Made by a program: the position numbers and the translations under genes. From NCBI GenBank assembly GCA_051362555.1, contig CM120645.1:5332001-5396000 (forward strand): a stretch of DNA of 64,000 nucleotides, in the 5' to 3' direction. The notes under the pieces were generated by a model. That model made no database searches, had not been told where the DNA came from, and saw only the letters and a list, made by a program, of their open reading frames with translations. Shown piece after piece: positions 12,342 to 22,619 of the stretch (positions are counted from its first letter, which is position 1; every line of letters starts with the position of its first letter). Origin of the DNA: Lingula anatina (lineage: Eukaryota; Animalia; Brachiopoda).

Positions 12342-13165
12342 GGCGAAGTCTAATTTGTACAGGATATATTACTCAGGGATATTTTTTCCACAGTGATATA
12401 CGGCAAATGTTGATTTACTGAAATATAAAATACCCACTTTTATATTTGGAGTGTTGCATTGTGGGATTACCAGTGACCTATTTACCATGAGATGCTGGGG
12501 AAACAGTTTTTGTTTCATTTGACCAGTGAACCAAAGGTTGATTAAGTTTTTTTCTGGCCAGTTTGAATTTAGTTCTCTTTTTTGTACCTACCTTAATTTT
12601 AAATTTGAAGATCATAAAGGTGAGATTTTGTTAAGGGAAAAAAAGATGCAGAGAATTTAGAGTTTAAATCCCTGGTTGGGGTTGGGAATTGATGTCAGTC
12701 AGTGTGGTGATATCTTTGCTTTAGGAAATACCTAAATAAACATATATTTTGTTGTATATATTTTATAGCATACGGAGAAAGATCTTTGCTGTATAACCTG
12801 TGATATTAAAAAAAGAAATGCTGAATAAAGAATGCTGCAGAGTGTCAGATGTGCTAGTCAGGGTATATTTTTCTCTTTATGTAAAATAATACAGGCTTTA
12901 ATATTTATATTATATAGTTAGGTTTAATATGCAAGGTATCATTAGAATGTAAAAGGTGAATATGATTTGCTTTGGCTAAAAATGTTAAACCATTTGGTCG
13001 ATGTTTCATATTTTTGTACAAAAAATAGAATTTTCTTAATTATTTAACAGTGAGCTCTAATTAGTATAACTTACACTATTTGGAGTATATTGGACCTCTA
13101 AATGTGTTTTACATCAGTTATGATTGTAATTGAACCATATGTGCACTGTCAGATAAAGAGAGAGA

Positions 13166-13349
13166 CTGGCCCCAATTTTACGAAAACAAAAGCCATGTAA
13201 GTCAGGTTCCCTGGCTAGAAACTTAATTACCAAAGTTACATAGTCACATGTGCACATCTTATCCAATCATGAACAGTGTTACAGCACGCTCATGGAAGTC
13301 CTAGTCACTAAGCCAGGAAAATGACTTAAAAAAAAAAAAATGGGGCCTG
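13166..13349. mobile_element. Degenerate hairpin MITE in the presumed aGPCR 3' UTR
   Basis: Ends ctggccccaatttt / aaaatggggcctg are inverted; inner inverted pair taagtcaggttccctggctag / ctaagccaggaaaatgactta. Confidence 0.55.
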
Positions 13350-14211
13350 GTGATGAAAAAAAAAATAGTCCTTCCATTGTAACTGTGCAGTCACTTGTTT
13401 GGCTACAATTAGGCATTATGATGGGATAGTGACATAACTTATTATCATAAAAGTGAACCATTTGGTCAAGTTATAAATACAGGACGTAGTCTTACTTTAT
13501 TTTTTTAATTGATATTATAAGAATACTCATATTGTGTAAAAACTATTTGAACAAAATATACCTTTTAAATACATTGATATGTGCAACTTTTTACTAGCTT
13601 CAACCAAAACATTTTGACTTTTTTTGTGGGGCATTTTTGTAAAAAGAAGAATTCTTTAATATACATTTTCCAGTTAGAATATACTTTGAGGTGCTGGTAT
13701 AATTGCAATTTGATAGAAAGCATCTTCACATATATACAAAATATGTACCTATGCATCAGCTACCTTCAGATTTCTTTACCTCGTATTTGCATTTACGTGT
13801 ATGTGTTTATTATCATAATGTATGCATATAGTTCAAACTCTAATAGGATATTTTATTTTGATTTCTGTTACATTTTATTGTTCTGAATCATATGCAATTC
13901 TCAACATAACCACCCATGTTATTTTAGTGGTAAAACTGACATACAAACCTGTACTGAAAAGTAAAGAACAAGTAAAGCACAATTTCTGTAAAATGTTTTG
14001 ACTTTTAAAAAACGGCATGGATGAACGAAGATCTGGAACAAGCAGATATATTTGTTTTCATAGATTTAGTTATTTTTGTAACAATTTTGTATGACAATAA
14101 CGTTCAGTTTGGGTTGGGGAGGTGTTTTTGTAAGTCAATTATTTTTTTATTTCGTATTTTGAATTTTTGGTAAGAGATGGTGAATTGAGTTTGATAGACA
14201 TGCTTCATATA

Positions 14212-14242
14212 AATAAAGTTCATGAATAAATTTGAAAATAAA
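14212..14242 (+). terminator. Cluster of three AATAAA polyadenylation signals, likely the aGPCR 3' end
   Basis: AATAAA at 14212, 14225 and 14237, at the end of a long T-rich, CpG-poor tract. Confidence 0.5.
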
Positions 14243-14263
14243 TGATATATGCAGTTCAGGAGC

Positions 14264-14336
14264 TGACGTTAAATTGACAGTCAACAGCAGTGGCGTAACG
14301 TTAACGGTATGTTACGTCATAAAGAGGTTGACGTCA
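14264..14336 (+). promoter_or_regulatory. CRE/ATF site cluster, candidate promoter of the coiled-coil gene
   Basis: TGACGT (14264), TTACGTCA (14312) and perfect TGACGTCA (14329-14336), just upstream of ATGG|gtaagt at 14407. Confidence 0.5.
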
Positions 14337-14406
14337 TTCTCTTGTCAACCATAAAGTTATGTTTGTATTTACATTGATACAGAAGCAATATAATTGACAC
14401 ATTAAT

Positions 14407-17400
14407 ATGGGTAAGTACTATTTCATTTTGTAGACTGAACGTAATTAATCTAATTTTATGGCACGAAATGCCCGTGAAACAAGTTCCTAGTCGCATAGAA
14501 TTCGATAACCTGAATATATATTTTTTCCAAATGAAGAAATGTACCTATGCGCTAGGCCTATACATTAAATAAAGACATAGGACCCAAAGTCTTGATTACG
14601 AGATAATTCTTTTCAATAAAATCAGAATTGACAAATATTGTAATCTACAGCTTCCGAACAGTTTGACATTTTCTTTTGTTAACGGTTCAAAAGAAAACCT
14701 GACTCGGTTTATTCTGCATTGAACATATTTTTACTGGGAATGATGATGAAGCGCATTAGTTTTCTCTACGTTTGGCCCTGTTAACTCCGCCTGCCTTGAT
14801 TTTATTATTATTATTTTTTTTTTATTACCAAACAATTTCAGTCGAAAATCGGTCTTGAATTCATTTTTCTGTATTACACCATGCTCTTTTTGGTCACCAA
14901 GCCCCATGGACTTTCAAAAAAAAATGTGCTTGCATTAAATTATATTTATCCTCAGTGATGACGCTAGACCAATTTAACTCTATTTTGCAAAGTCATGAAG
15001 TAAATCATAAAATAAGGATGTGCCGGCCATGAGTTCTTTTGTGAAAATGTCCCAGTTATTTTTTCCGAACACAAAGTTTGCATTTACAGCCGTGCTCAAT
15101 ATGTGTTAAGATATTTTGGTGAAAATGAATCTTGGTAACGGAAGCGTGTGAAAATGTCGTAGGTGATAGAGCTTGCGCATATAAAGTAATGTGTCAATGT
15201 TATATGTTCTATAGATTGCGTAAAAAATATTATGTACATGCATGATCTTAGGGTTCGACGTGAAAAGCCGAGCAACAGAGTTTGTACTATTTTTGCCTTT
15301 GAAGACGCCAAGTATTTTGCTCGACGCTCTCTCTGTGTTGCGTCATAGACAGAGTGATGTCATATTCATATCAACCAAATGTTCATGTAGCTACGGAGAT
15401 ATGAACAGATAGATAAAATTTGACGATGGGTAAGTTGTTTTGTTATGATGTAACAGCGGTTCACGTCGCAAAAATTCCACTTTAAACAAACTTTGAAATT
15501 CTAGTTGCTTTACAGTGTTTTTTTTTTTTACGTTTTAGGATTATTTAGAAAAAAGGAGTTACGGGATCTCACCGTAAAGGTTGATCCTCAGCATTATCAG
15601 ATAAAGATTCAAGATTTCAACACATTGAAAAACAGCCTGAACCACGCCCTCTTGACGATGAGGCAAACTGTGAAGGATGTAAACGAGAAAACCCTTCATA
15701 TTGCCGATCTTGAGGACAAAATGGAAAATACGTCAAGCCACATTGCTGACTCAGAAAACAACATTGGTGAGTTTATGGATTCATTTCAGCAACATGCATA
15801 ATGAACAAAACCTAAGTTGCGATGCTGCATATCATTTAATCATTTAAAATGTTCATCCCTCTGCAGTGCACTATTTGGTATAACTAATTTTCCCAACATG
15901 GTGGAACAATATTTAGCCAATTAGTTCTTAGCGTATTCGAAAAACAGCGGATTTTTAATGACGATGTTGTTATCATGTGACATTTTTTGACAGCAATGAT
16001 TGAGCAGATGTGTGAGGAAAAAGAGCAGGCACTGAAAATTGTAAAACAGCAAAACACAACACTTCGTGAAGAAAAGTTGGCCGCCCAGAATGAAGTTTCA
16101 GTAAAGAAAGATGAACTCGGTAGGTATTGTTAAATCCATTATTAACTTTTCTTGTAAATTTAGATATTGTATTGTTTCCGTTTCGTATAAGATGGAGATA
16201 TTTAGAATGATATTGAAATGTGTAACGTGTTACCAGAATTGGGGACTAGACGAATTCAACCGATATTGGTTTTATCTTTTAGAAGTTCTTAAGAAAGACT
16301 TGAGGGCAAAATGTGAAAGACTTGCCCAACAAGACAAGACTATTGCTGCCCTGAATGAAGTGCTCATTGCCAAGGACAAAAGCGAAATTCTGGAGGCCCG
16401 CGAAAAAGCAGAACTGAAGAGAAAAGTGAATGAATTAACACTGGCCCTGGCATCACGAGACCGGGAAGTAGAAGATCTACATTTAAGCCTGACCAAGGCA
16501 AAGGTAAGTTTTTCTTCATCTTCAGATTTTTTTGTGTGTGTCTGTGTGCTTTGAGTAATATGGGGATAGGGGCGTTTTTGTAAATTACACATCTAACAGG
16601 CATAGCTCGTTGCACGAAATCTTTTTAAAATATTGACAATCTGTATTGTTATGCTGTGTATTTTATTCAGAATGAAATGGCGAGCCTCGCTATGAAGACA
16701 ACTCAGCTGCAGAAGAATGTCTTAGAAGAACTGAATTCCGTGACCAAAGAACAAACTGTTGTTCTGCGGAAAATGAAAGGTGCGTTGGTCATATAGAATT
16801 GAATGATCTGTAAGATAATAGAAAGTTGTGACCTCTAATTGGTGATAGTCGTATTTTAATTGAAGTAGATACTAATTTTGATGAAGCAGACTTTTCGTTT
16901 CATTTTTTGCTTACCCTGTTGAACGTAAAGAAGAAGCTGTGGTTTGACAACACTGTGTTCACGTCTACCGGCAGCGATTACAATTTTGATAGTTTTGTCG
17001 TAAAAGTTGAGCAAAATGGGTTGCTTCAATTTCATTTTCTCTACTTTGATGTATTATATTTTTGTTTAAATGTGGTCTTCTTATTACATAACATTTTAGA
17101 GCGCAGTCCTGGGCGCTTGATCGATTTCTTGGAAAAACAAGAATACAACATTTTGTCCAGGAAAGAAAAGTTCCAGATGCGCCAACAGGTAGAGTTGTTG
17201 TGTATTTCGATTTTTTCTTAGATTTCTATCATAATCAAATTTTAAAGAAAAAAACATGATGTTAAACAAAAGTCTTATGTTTTGTTCAAATCTTTTTGCT
17301 ACAATGGCTGTTGACTGAAGATCCTTGTTTTTTCCTCCCTGTATGACTAAAAATTATCACTTTCAGATGTACGACGCAGAACTCAAGGTATTTCAGACAG

Positions 17401-17660
17401 AAAAGGAGAAGGCCCACCTACAAGCTAAGATTTCAGAGCTCGATCAGTTGGTGACGTCGCTGAAAATTGAAGGACACCCAACACCAGATGGCGCGCATGA
17501 GGACACCGCATGCACCTCTCAGGCTCTTGTGCCTCAGATCCACGAGATGTCAGCTGACATGGGTGGCACCGTTGCTGACATTGCTGGTGTGAAAAACGGA
17601 GATTTGACGACCACCACTTGCCCAACACGATCTTGCATTCACTCCCAGGCTGCAACATAG
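14407..17660 (+). CDS. Uncharacterised coiled-coil protein, about 356 aa, starting MGLFRKKE
   Basis: First exon 14407-14410 or 15426-15429 (ATGG|gtaagt), then 15539-15766, 15994-16119, 16283-16503, 16671-16779, 17100-17188, 17367-17660. All are GT-AG with consistent phases (1071 nt). E/K/L/Q-rich heptads; AATAAA at 18018. Confidence 0.82.
15539..15766 (+). CDS. Coiled-coil gene exon 2
   Basis: ttttag / gtgagt, phase 1-1; LKNSLNHALLTMRQTVKDVNEKTLHIADLEDKM. Confidence 0.82.
15994..16119 (+). CDS. Coiled-coil gene exon 3
   Basis: tgacag / gtaggt; MIEQMCEEKEQALKIVKQQNTTLREEK. Confidence 0.82.
16283..16503 (+). CDS. Coiled-coil gene exon 4
   Basis: ttttag / gtaagt; LRAKCERLAQQDKTIAALNE..LKRKVNELTLALASRDREVEDL. 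Confidence 0.85.
16671..16779 (+). CDS. Coiled-coil gene exon 5
   Basis: attcag / gtgcgt, phase 0-1, open frame. Confidence 0.8.
17100..17188 (+). CDS. Coiled-coil gene exon 6
   Basis: ttttag / gtagag, phase 1-0; RSPGRLIDFLEKQEYNILSRKEKFQMRQQ. Confidence 0.8.
17367..17660 (+). CDS. Coiled-coil gene terminal exon
   Basis: tttcag acceptor; MYDAELKVFQTEKEKAHLQAKISELDQLV..; stop TAG. Confidence 0.82.
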   Translation: MYDAELKVFQTEKEKAHLQAKISELDQLVTSLKIEGHPTPDGAHEDTACTSQALVPQIHEMSADMGGTVADIAGVKNGDLTTTTCPTRSCIHSQAAT

Positions 17661-19725
17661 ATTGTGGTTTGAATTGCAGTCGGGGCAACACACGAAAGAC
17701 ACTTTTTCTGAAGTTCTTTTTTTTTTTTTTGTTCAGAACTTCACCTTGCATCTCCCTTGAACATCAGGAAAAGGTGACTTTATTGATACAGACGATTTAT
17801 CTTAAAGCATCACAATTTCAAATCTACTTTTCGTTTACAATAGTGCGATAACTTCTCGTGCAAATTGTTGTAGGCCCTACATAGCCGAATAAGCATCCAG
17901 TTAGAGAAATTGAATATTCATCTGTATGTCCAGCAATTTCATATTGTATATAATTGACAATGTATCTTAGTTTGTATATAAGTTGTAAATAATATTGCAT
18001 ATAATTTATTTGTTTAAAATAAAAACTTCAATATATATATGTAAACACATGGGCATACCGCGTTAAATATTACCCTCCCTATAAAATGTAATAAATCATT
18101 TTCTCTCTCTCTCTCACACACACACACACATCTAGAAATTCATTCAACAATGCAGTGGTATAAAAGCAAGAATTGAAATTTTATCAGGAAAAAAGGTACT
18201 TGTACGATATGCCACTATCGGTGCGTTTTAGTCTTTAATGTGGCTCCTCTTGAACGGTCAGAATCCTGCTTTTGACTTCACAATCCGGCGGGTGAGAACA
18301 CATTTTGTCACGTGCAAAACTGACAAGTATTTACGGTGACCCATTTTTCATTTTTACATCTGCATGCATTTACACATGCTGCTAAACTTGCTGAAATGAC
18401 GGCTTGTAACGAGAGAATACTGGCTGGCTGACATGCCCTGGGACTGACGTCGGGAGTAAGCATACACTGGATATTATTTTTTATGACAAAAGACACATTT
18501 GGAATGAAAAGCGTGGTTCTACTTCTAGTGACACCCTTTTGGAATCAGTTAAATGGTGCGACTAGAATAAAACTGTTACTCGAGGCAAACTGATCTCGAG
18601 CCCATGGACTATCTCAGTAAATTGCTTGACAGGTTTGCGTTTGGCGACTTGGCAATTTTATGGATGCTCAAATAATCTTAGATGGTCGCTGAGGGTTGGA
18701 ATCATTTTTGATTTTTAATATTTGTTTCATTATTTCAAGAGAAAGTGTTAGTGTATAAATTGTGACAATACGGCAAATGTTTGGTCCTTTTATCTTACAA
18801 TCTTTACGATGTATATTTCAAAAGGCTTCATTGATGATTATTTGGAAGCCGTTGACCTAATAAGTTTATGTATTTTTGTGGGCATATAAAGTTTCGTTTT
18901 GATGTAGTATGGACCCTGTCTATGTGTAACTGCTTTAATCGCATTGTAAAACTTCTGTCGATATGGGAACATTTTGTTTGCTTCCACGAAAGCTGTCACT
19001 AACATTTCTGCTCATAACCACCCAGAACAAGGCAGTGCTGGATTGAATCTTGCGCTCGGAAGAAGTGTGCAAAGTTTATCTTATGAAATTCAGAGCGGAT
19101 GGATTAATTTAAAGGTTTTATAGATTAATTTCCCCAGAATCTCCATGTTTATTATTTTTTCTCATGAATACCAAGGTCTGACTTGCACAGATCATGTGAG
19201 AAAATAATTATCTAATGATAGATGTTCAAAAGCAGCTTTTCAAAATAAAAAAGGATGCACTACAAATGGTATATAAAATAATGTCTTTTGTCTTGTTACT
19301 TCATTTTACGTTTTAAGGACGTATGTAGTTATATTATGAAAAACGTAAAAAATGTTAAATGAAATTAGAAAATAGTTTCTAATTTGGACCAATTGTGTTA
19401 GTCATTCATTAACAAATATAGGCAAATGATATGATAAAAAAGTGGCAATAAATAAAGAAATGAAACCTATCTTATCAATTTGTTTCTTCATTTGTCTTTA
19501 TTTATTCTGTTGCATAGATTATGTTCTAGTAGTAGTTAATCCGTACAAAATAATACAAAAAAGGCACTTTCTTCAATGCTTTTGAAAAGTAATATTACCA
19601 CCAATATTTCAGTTCTAGTGTGGAACACGACACTAGAAAACGCGTTATGTCACGTGTGCTCTCAGAAGAACGTCAAAATTGGGTGAAAACCAGAAATATG
19701 GAATCCAAAGATTAGGGTGGGTTGT

Positions 19726-19943
19726 TGGGGGAATAGCGACATCGGTAACGCAGTAGACTTTTGAAACAGAAGATGACGAGTTCGAATTCTAGTACCGCAG
19801 TTGCTTTGTGTGAAAAAGATTATTCTTTGGCAGCTATAAAGCAAACATCCAATATTGTGCGTGGCGCTCGAGCGACGTAGGGTAGTAGGTAACGAGTTTG
19901 CCTTGGAATCAGTAGGTTGAGAGCTCGAATCTCAGCGGTGACG
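19726..19943 (+). pseudogene. Two degenerate tRNA-like heads (SINE remnants or tRNA pseudogenes)
   Basis: A-box-like tagcgacatcggt with B-box gagttcgaattc (19726-19800); tagggtagtaggt with gagctcgaatctc (19870-19943); tRNA-like spacing but no clean cloverleaf. Confidence 0.45.
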
Positions 19944-21262
19944 ACATATCAAATTAACCTTTACTTAAGAGCAAACTGTAGATTAAACGAGTCGAAAACT
20001 AAAATTTCATCGCTTTATTTTTCATTTTAAAACATTTTACAATAGGTCAAGATCTAATCAAGTTGAAAAATTGACATGTAAATCCAATACAATTTTCTTT
20101 CATTAAAAACATTTCATTAACAATCAACAGAAACATAATAAGTCAAAACTCTACCATACTTTACGTAAAAGCAGTTATATATACCCGTTGTGAACGAGGC
20201 ATTACATCTAATACTTCTGTTGCTCTAATACTCAAGCACGTTTCTAATTTTAAGTTTTCAAAATTATTCTAGTTCCGCATTGATTTAGAATTGTACAAAA
20301 TAAGCTTTGGCAGCGTTCATGCATTTAAATCGAAAGCATTCTCAAAAGCGAAGGCACTGTTTCGGTCGTTAACTGTAGGAAAAGTCATTTTCAAATTGTC
20401 TCCAAATACCAATTCCATTGTCCAAATTCCTTACCTAAACTCCTTATAAAACTTCTTTGAAAAGCGGGGTCTAGGAAATAACGCGTGGGAGTCACGAGAG
20501 AAGGGTGATTATATAGAATTACACAAAAGAAAGGCACATTTGAGACTACAACGTTGACACCTTGAGAATGATTCAGTTAAAGAGAAAATTTGCCTAAAAA
20601 GTGTAAATTAAATAATATATGCCATGTATGGAATAAGCATTCTCAAGACCAAAAAAGCAATAATTTCAACAATTCAGCTATAATTTCAACATCTTTTGTG
20701 TTAAACATGGCATAAAAAGATACAATGAAATTCTCTTATTGGTTTTCTACAAAAAAGAATTCCACTGCGCAGTCTTGATAACATAATAATCGTGATATCT
20801 TTGTCTTTGGATATATCACATTTTCATGAACTCAAGATGAGGAAAGAAATTTGACCCACAACTTTAATTGGCAGCTGTCGTGGACTTCTTTTTCTGATAC
20901 TCGACAAAGTAAATAAGAGGCACTATTTTGCCATTAAAAAAAGAGCACCAAGAACTGTAGCTCATATCTTCTTCTGGAAATTTGGGGAGAATGCGTCCCA
21001 TCCCTCGAAAGTAGTAACTACGACTTCTGAAAATAAAAAAGTATATTCTTAAGATTTATGAAATGCATCTTTAAATTCTAGTACAGTTCAACGCCTGTCT
21101 TAAGCATTATCATTTATAACCGAACATCTCCGTCTCCAAAGTGACCGAGACATGCGGATTGTACTGTGTAAATACAGACCATGACGATAAACTACAACAC
21201 AGAGATGAAAATATTGCTTGGTTTTGACTTTTTGCTATCCTTTTACTTTCGTGTTTGTGTAT

Positions 21263-21294
<32 letters not shown>

Positions 21295-21758
21295 TGGAAA
21301 GAGAAAGGAGAAAAAAGAAGGGAGAGAGAGAGAGAGAAAAGGGAGCACATAGTACTCCAAAGGCGGTACATCATCTTGGCTCCCCGAACCCACCACTGCA
21401 TGGGAAGTTATATTGTTGAATAATTTTACCAGAATATTTCGTGTACGTTGTGCCTTTTAAATGATAAAACATGTTAGGTGTACTCACGTTAACATTGGAT
21501 TTCCCAAGTTACAAATAACCAATTTAGAATCAAATATGCCCTACGTGCTTAAGAGATATTGCTGTGACTAGACGGACATCGTGGTCGCCTCCCAACTCAC
21601 CATCTTCGCTGGTCTTCTCGGTCTTTTGAACACTTGTCACTGTTGCATTATTTGATTGGCAGTATCAAAACAGGCCAAGTGTAACGGACACTAATCATAT
21701 CCGCTATATCTCAGTCACAGAATGCGTTAGAGAAGACCATGATGTGATAAGAACACAA

Positions 21759-22541
21759 TGTTATAGTCTATTTCTGGTTGCGTCACTTCTCATTGCGTTA
21801 TTGAAGGTAACTAAAAAGCAGACTGGCTGATCCCAGAGAAAAGCTAACGTCATTAAGATATAGCAGTGCAATGATTCTGCGTGTAAATTTTTATTTATGT
21901 ATTTTTTACGTTTTGTTTCTAAAGAACGCATCTTGAATAATTTCCATTTGCCGCTAGACTACTGTCCGTCTATAATGACTAGATGATAGGAATTTTACAA
22001 TACCCAAATTCAAAGAATATATTTTAATCATTGTAAAAAAAGTCTTCAGCTGATGAATTAATTACAGTGTAACGTGCCTGTTTTAATTGCGTCTCATGAT
22101 GCGAGCGCTAAAACCCAAGGAGGCATCAATCCAGATATAACCGGTAGAAAGTCGATGTGGAATTAATCTCTTATGAGACAGAATCTGGGACAAATTCATA
22201 CGCATTAATCATACGTTTCTTATCATGTAACTGCATCTTGTCTACAATTGTCACCCATCGCCTTCCATCAGTGAATATTAATTTTATCAATGACACAATT
22301 TTATCTGAAAGGTTTGGCTAAGTGGTGTAGATCTAGGTGACAATTAATGGCTCCGGGAAATGCGACAAAAGTCTCGGAGAGAAAGTCGTCCATTGTGCAC
22401 GTGAAGATTGCCTCGTGACGAAGCATCATAACAGTGCTATATCTCAATGATGTTAGCTTTTCTCTGGGATCAGGCAATCTGCTTTTTATTTTCCTTCAAT
22501 AACGCAATGAGAAGTGTCGCAACTAGAAATAGACTATGACA
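21759..22541. repeat. ~107-bp inverted repeat pair (21759-21865 / 22435-22541)
   Basis: Manual reverse-complement alignment, roughly 90% identical. Confidence 0.9.
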
Positions 22542-22619
22542 ATAAATGGCTCCGGGAAATGCGATAAAAGTCTCGGAGAGAAAGTCGTCCATTGTGCACG
22601 TGAAGATTGTCTCGTGACG
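22338..22619 (+). repeat. ~83-bp direct repeat (22338-22420 / 22537-22619)
   Basis: tgacaa..aatggctccgggaaatgcga..gtcgtccattgtgcacgtgaagattg..ctcgtgacg occurs twice with about 3 mismatches. Confidence 0.92.

Noticed and set aside
12339-12353. Stop-codon read-through of the aGPCR
   Set aside because: The TAG-G context is unfavourable and another in-frame stop follows after three codons.
19726-19943. Functional tRNA genes
   Set aside because: Acceptor and anticodon stems do not pair well; treated as degenerate.
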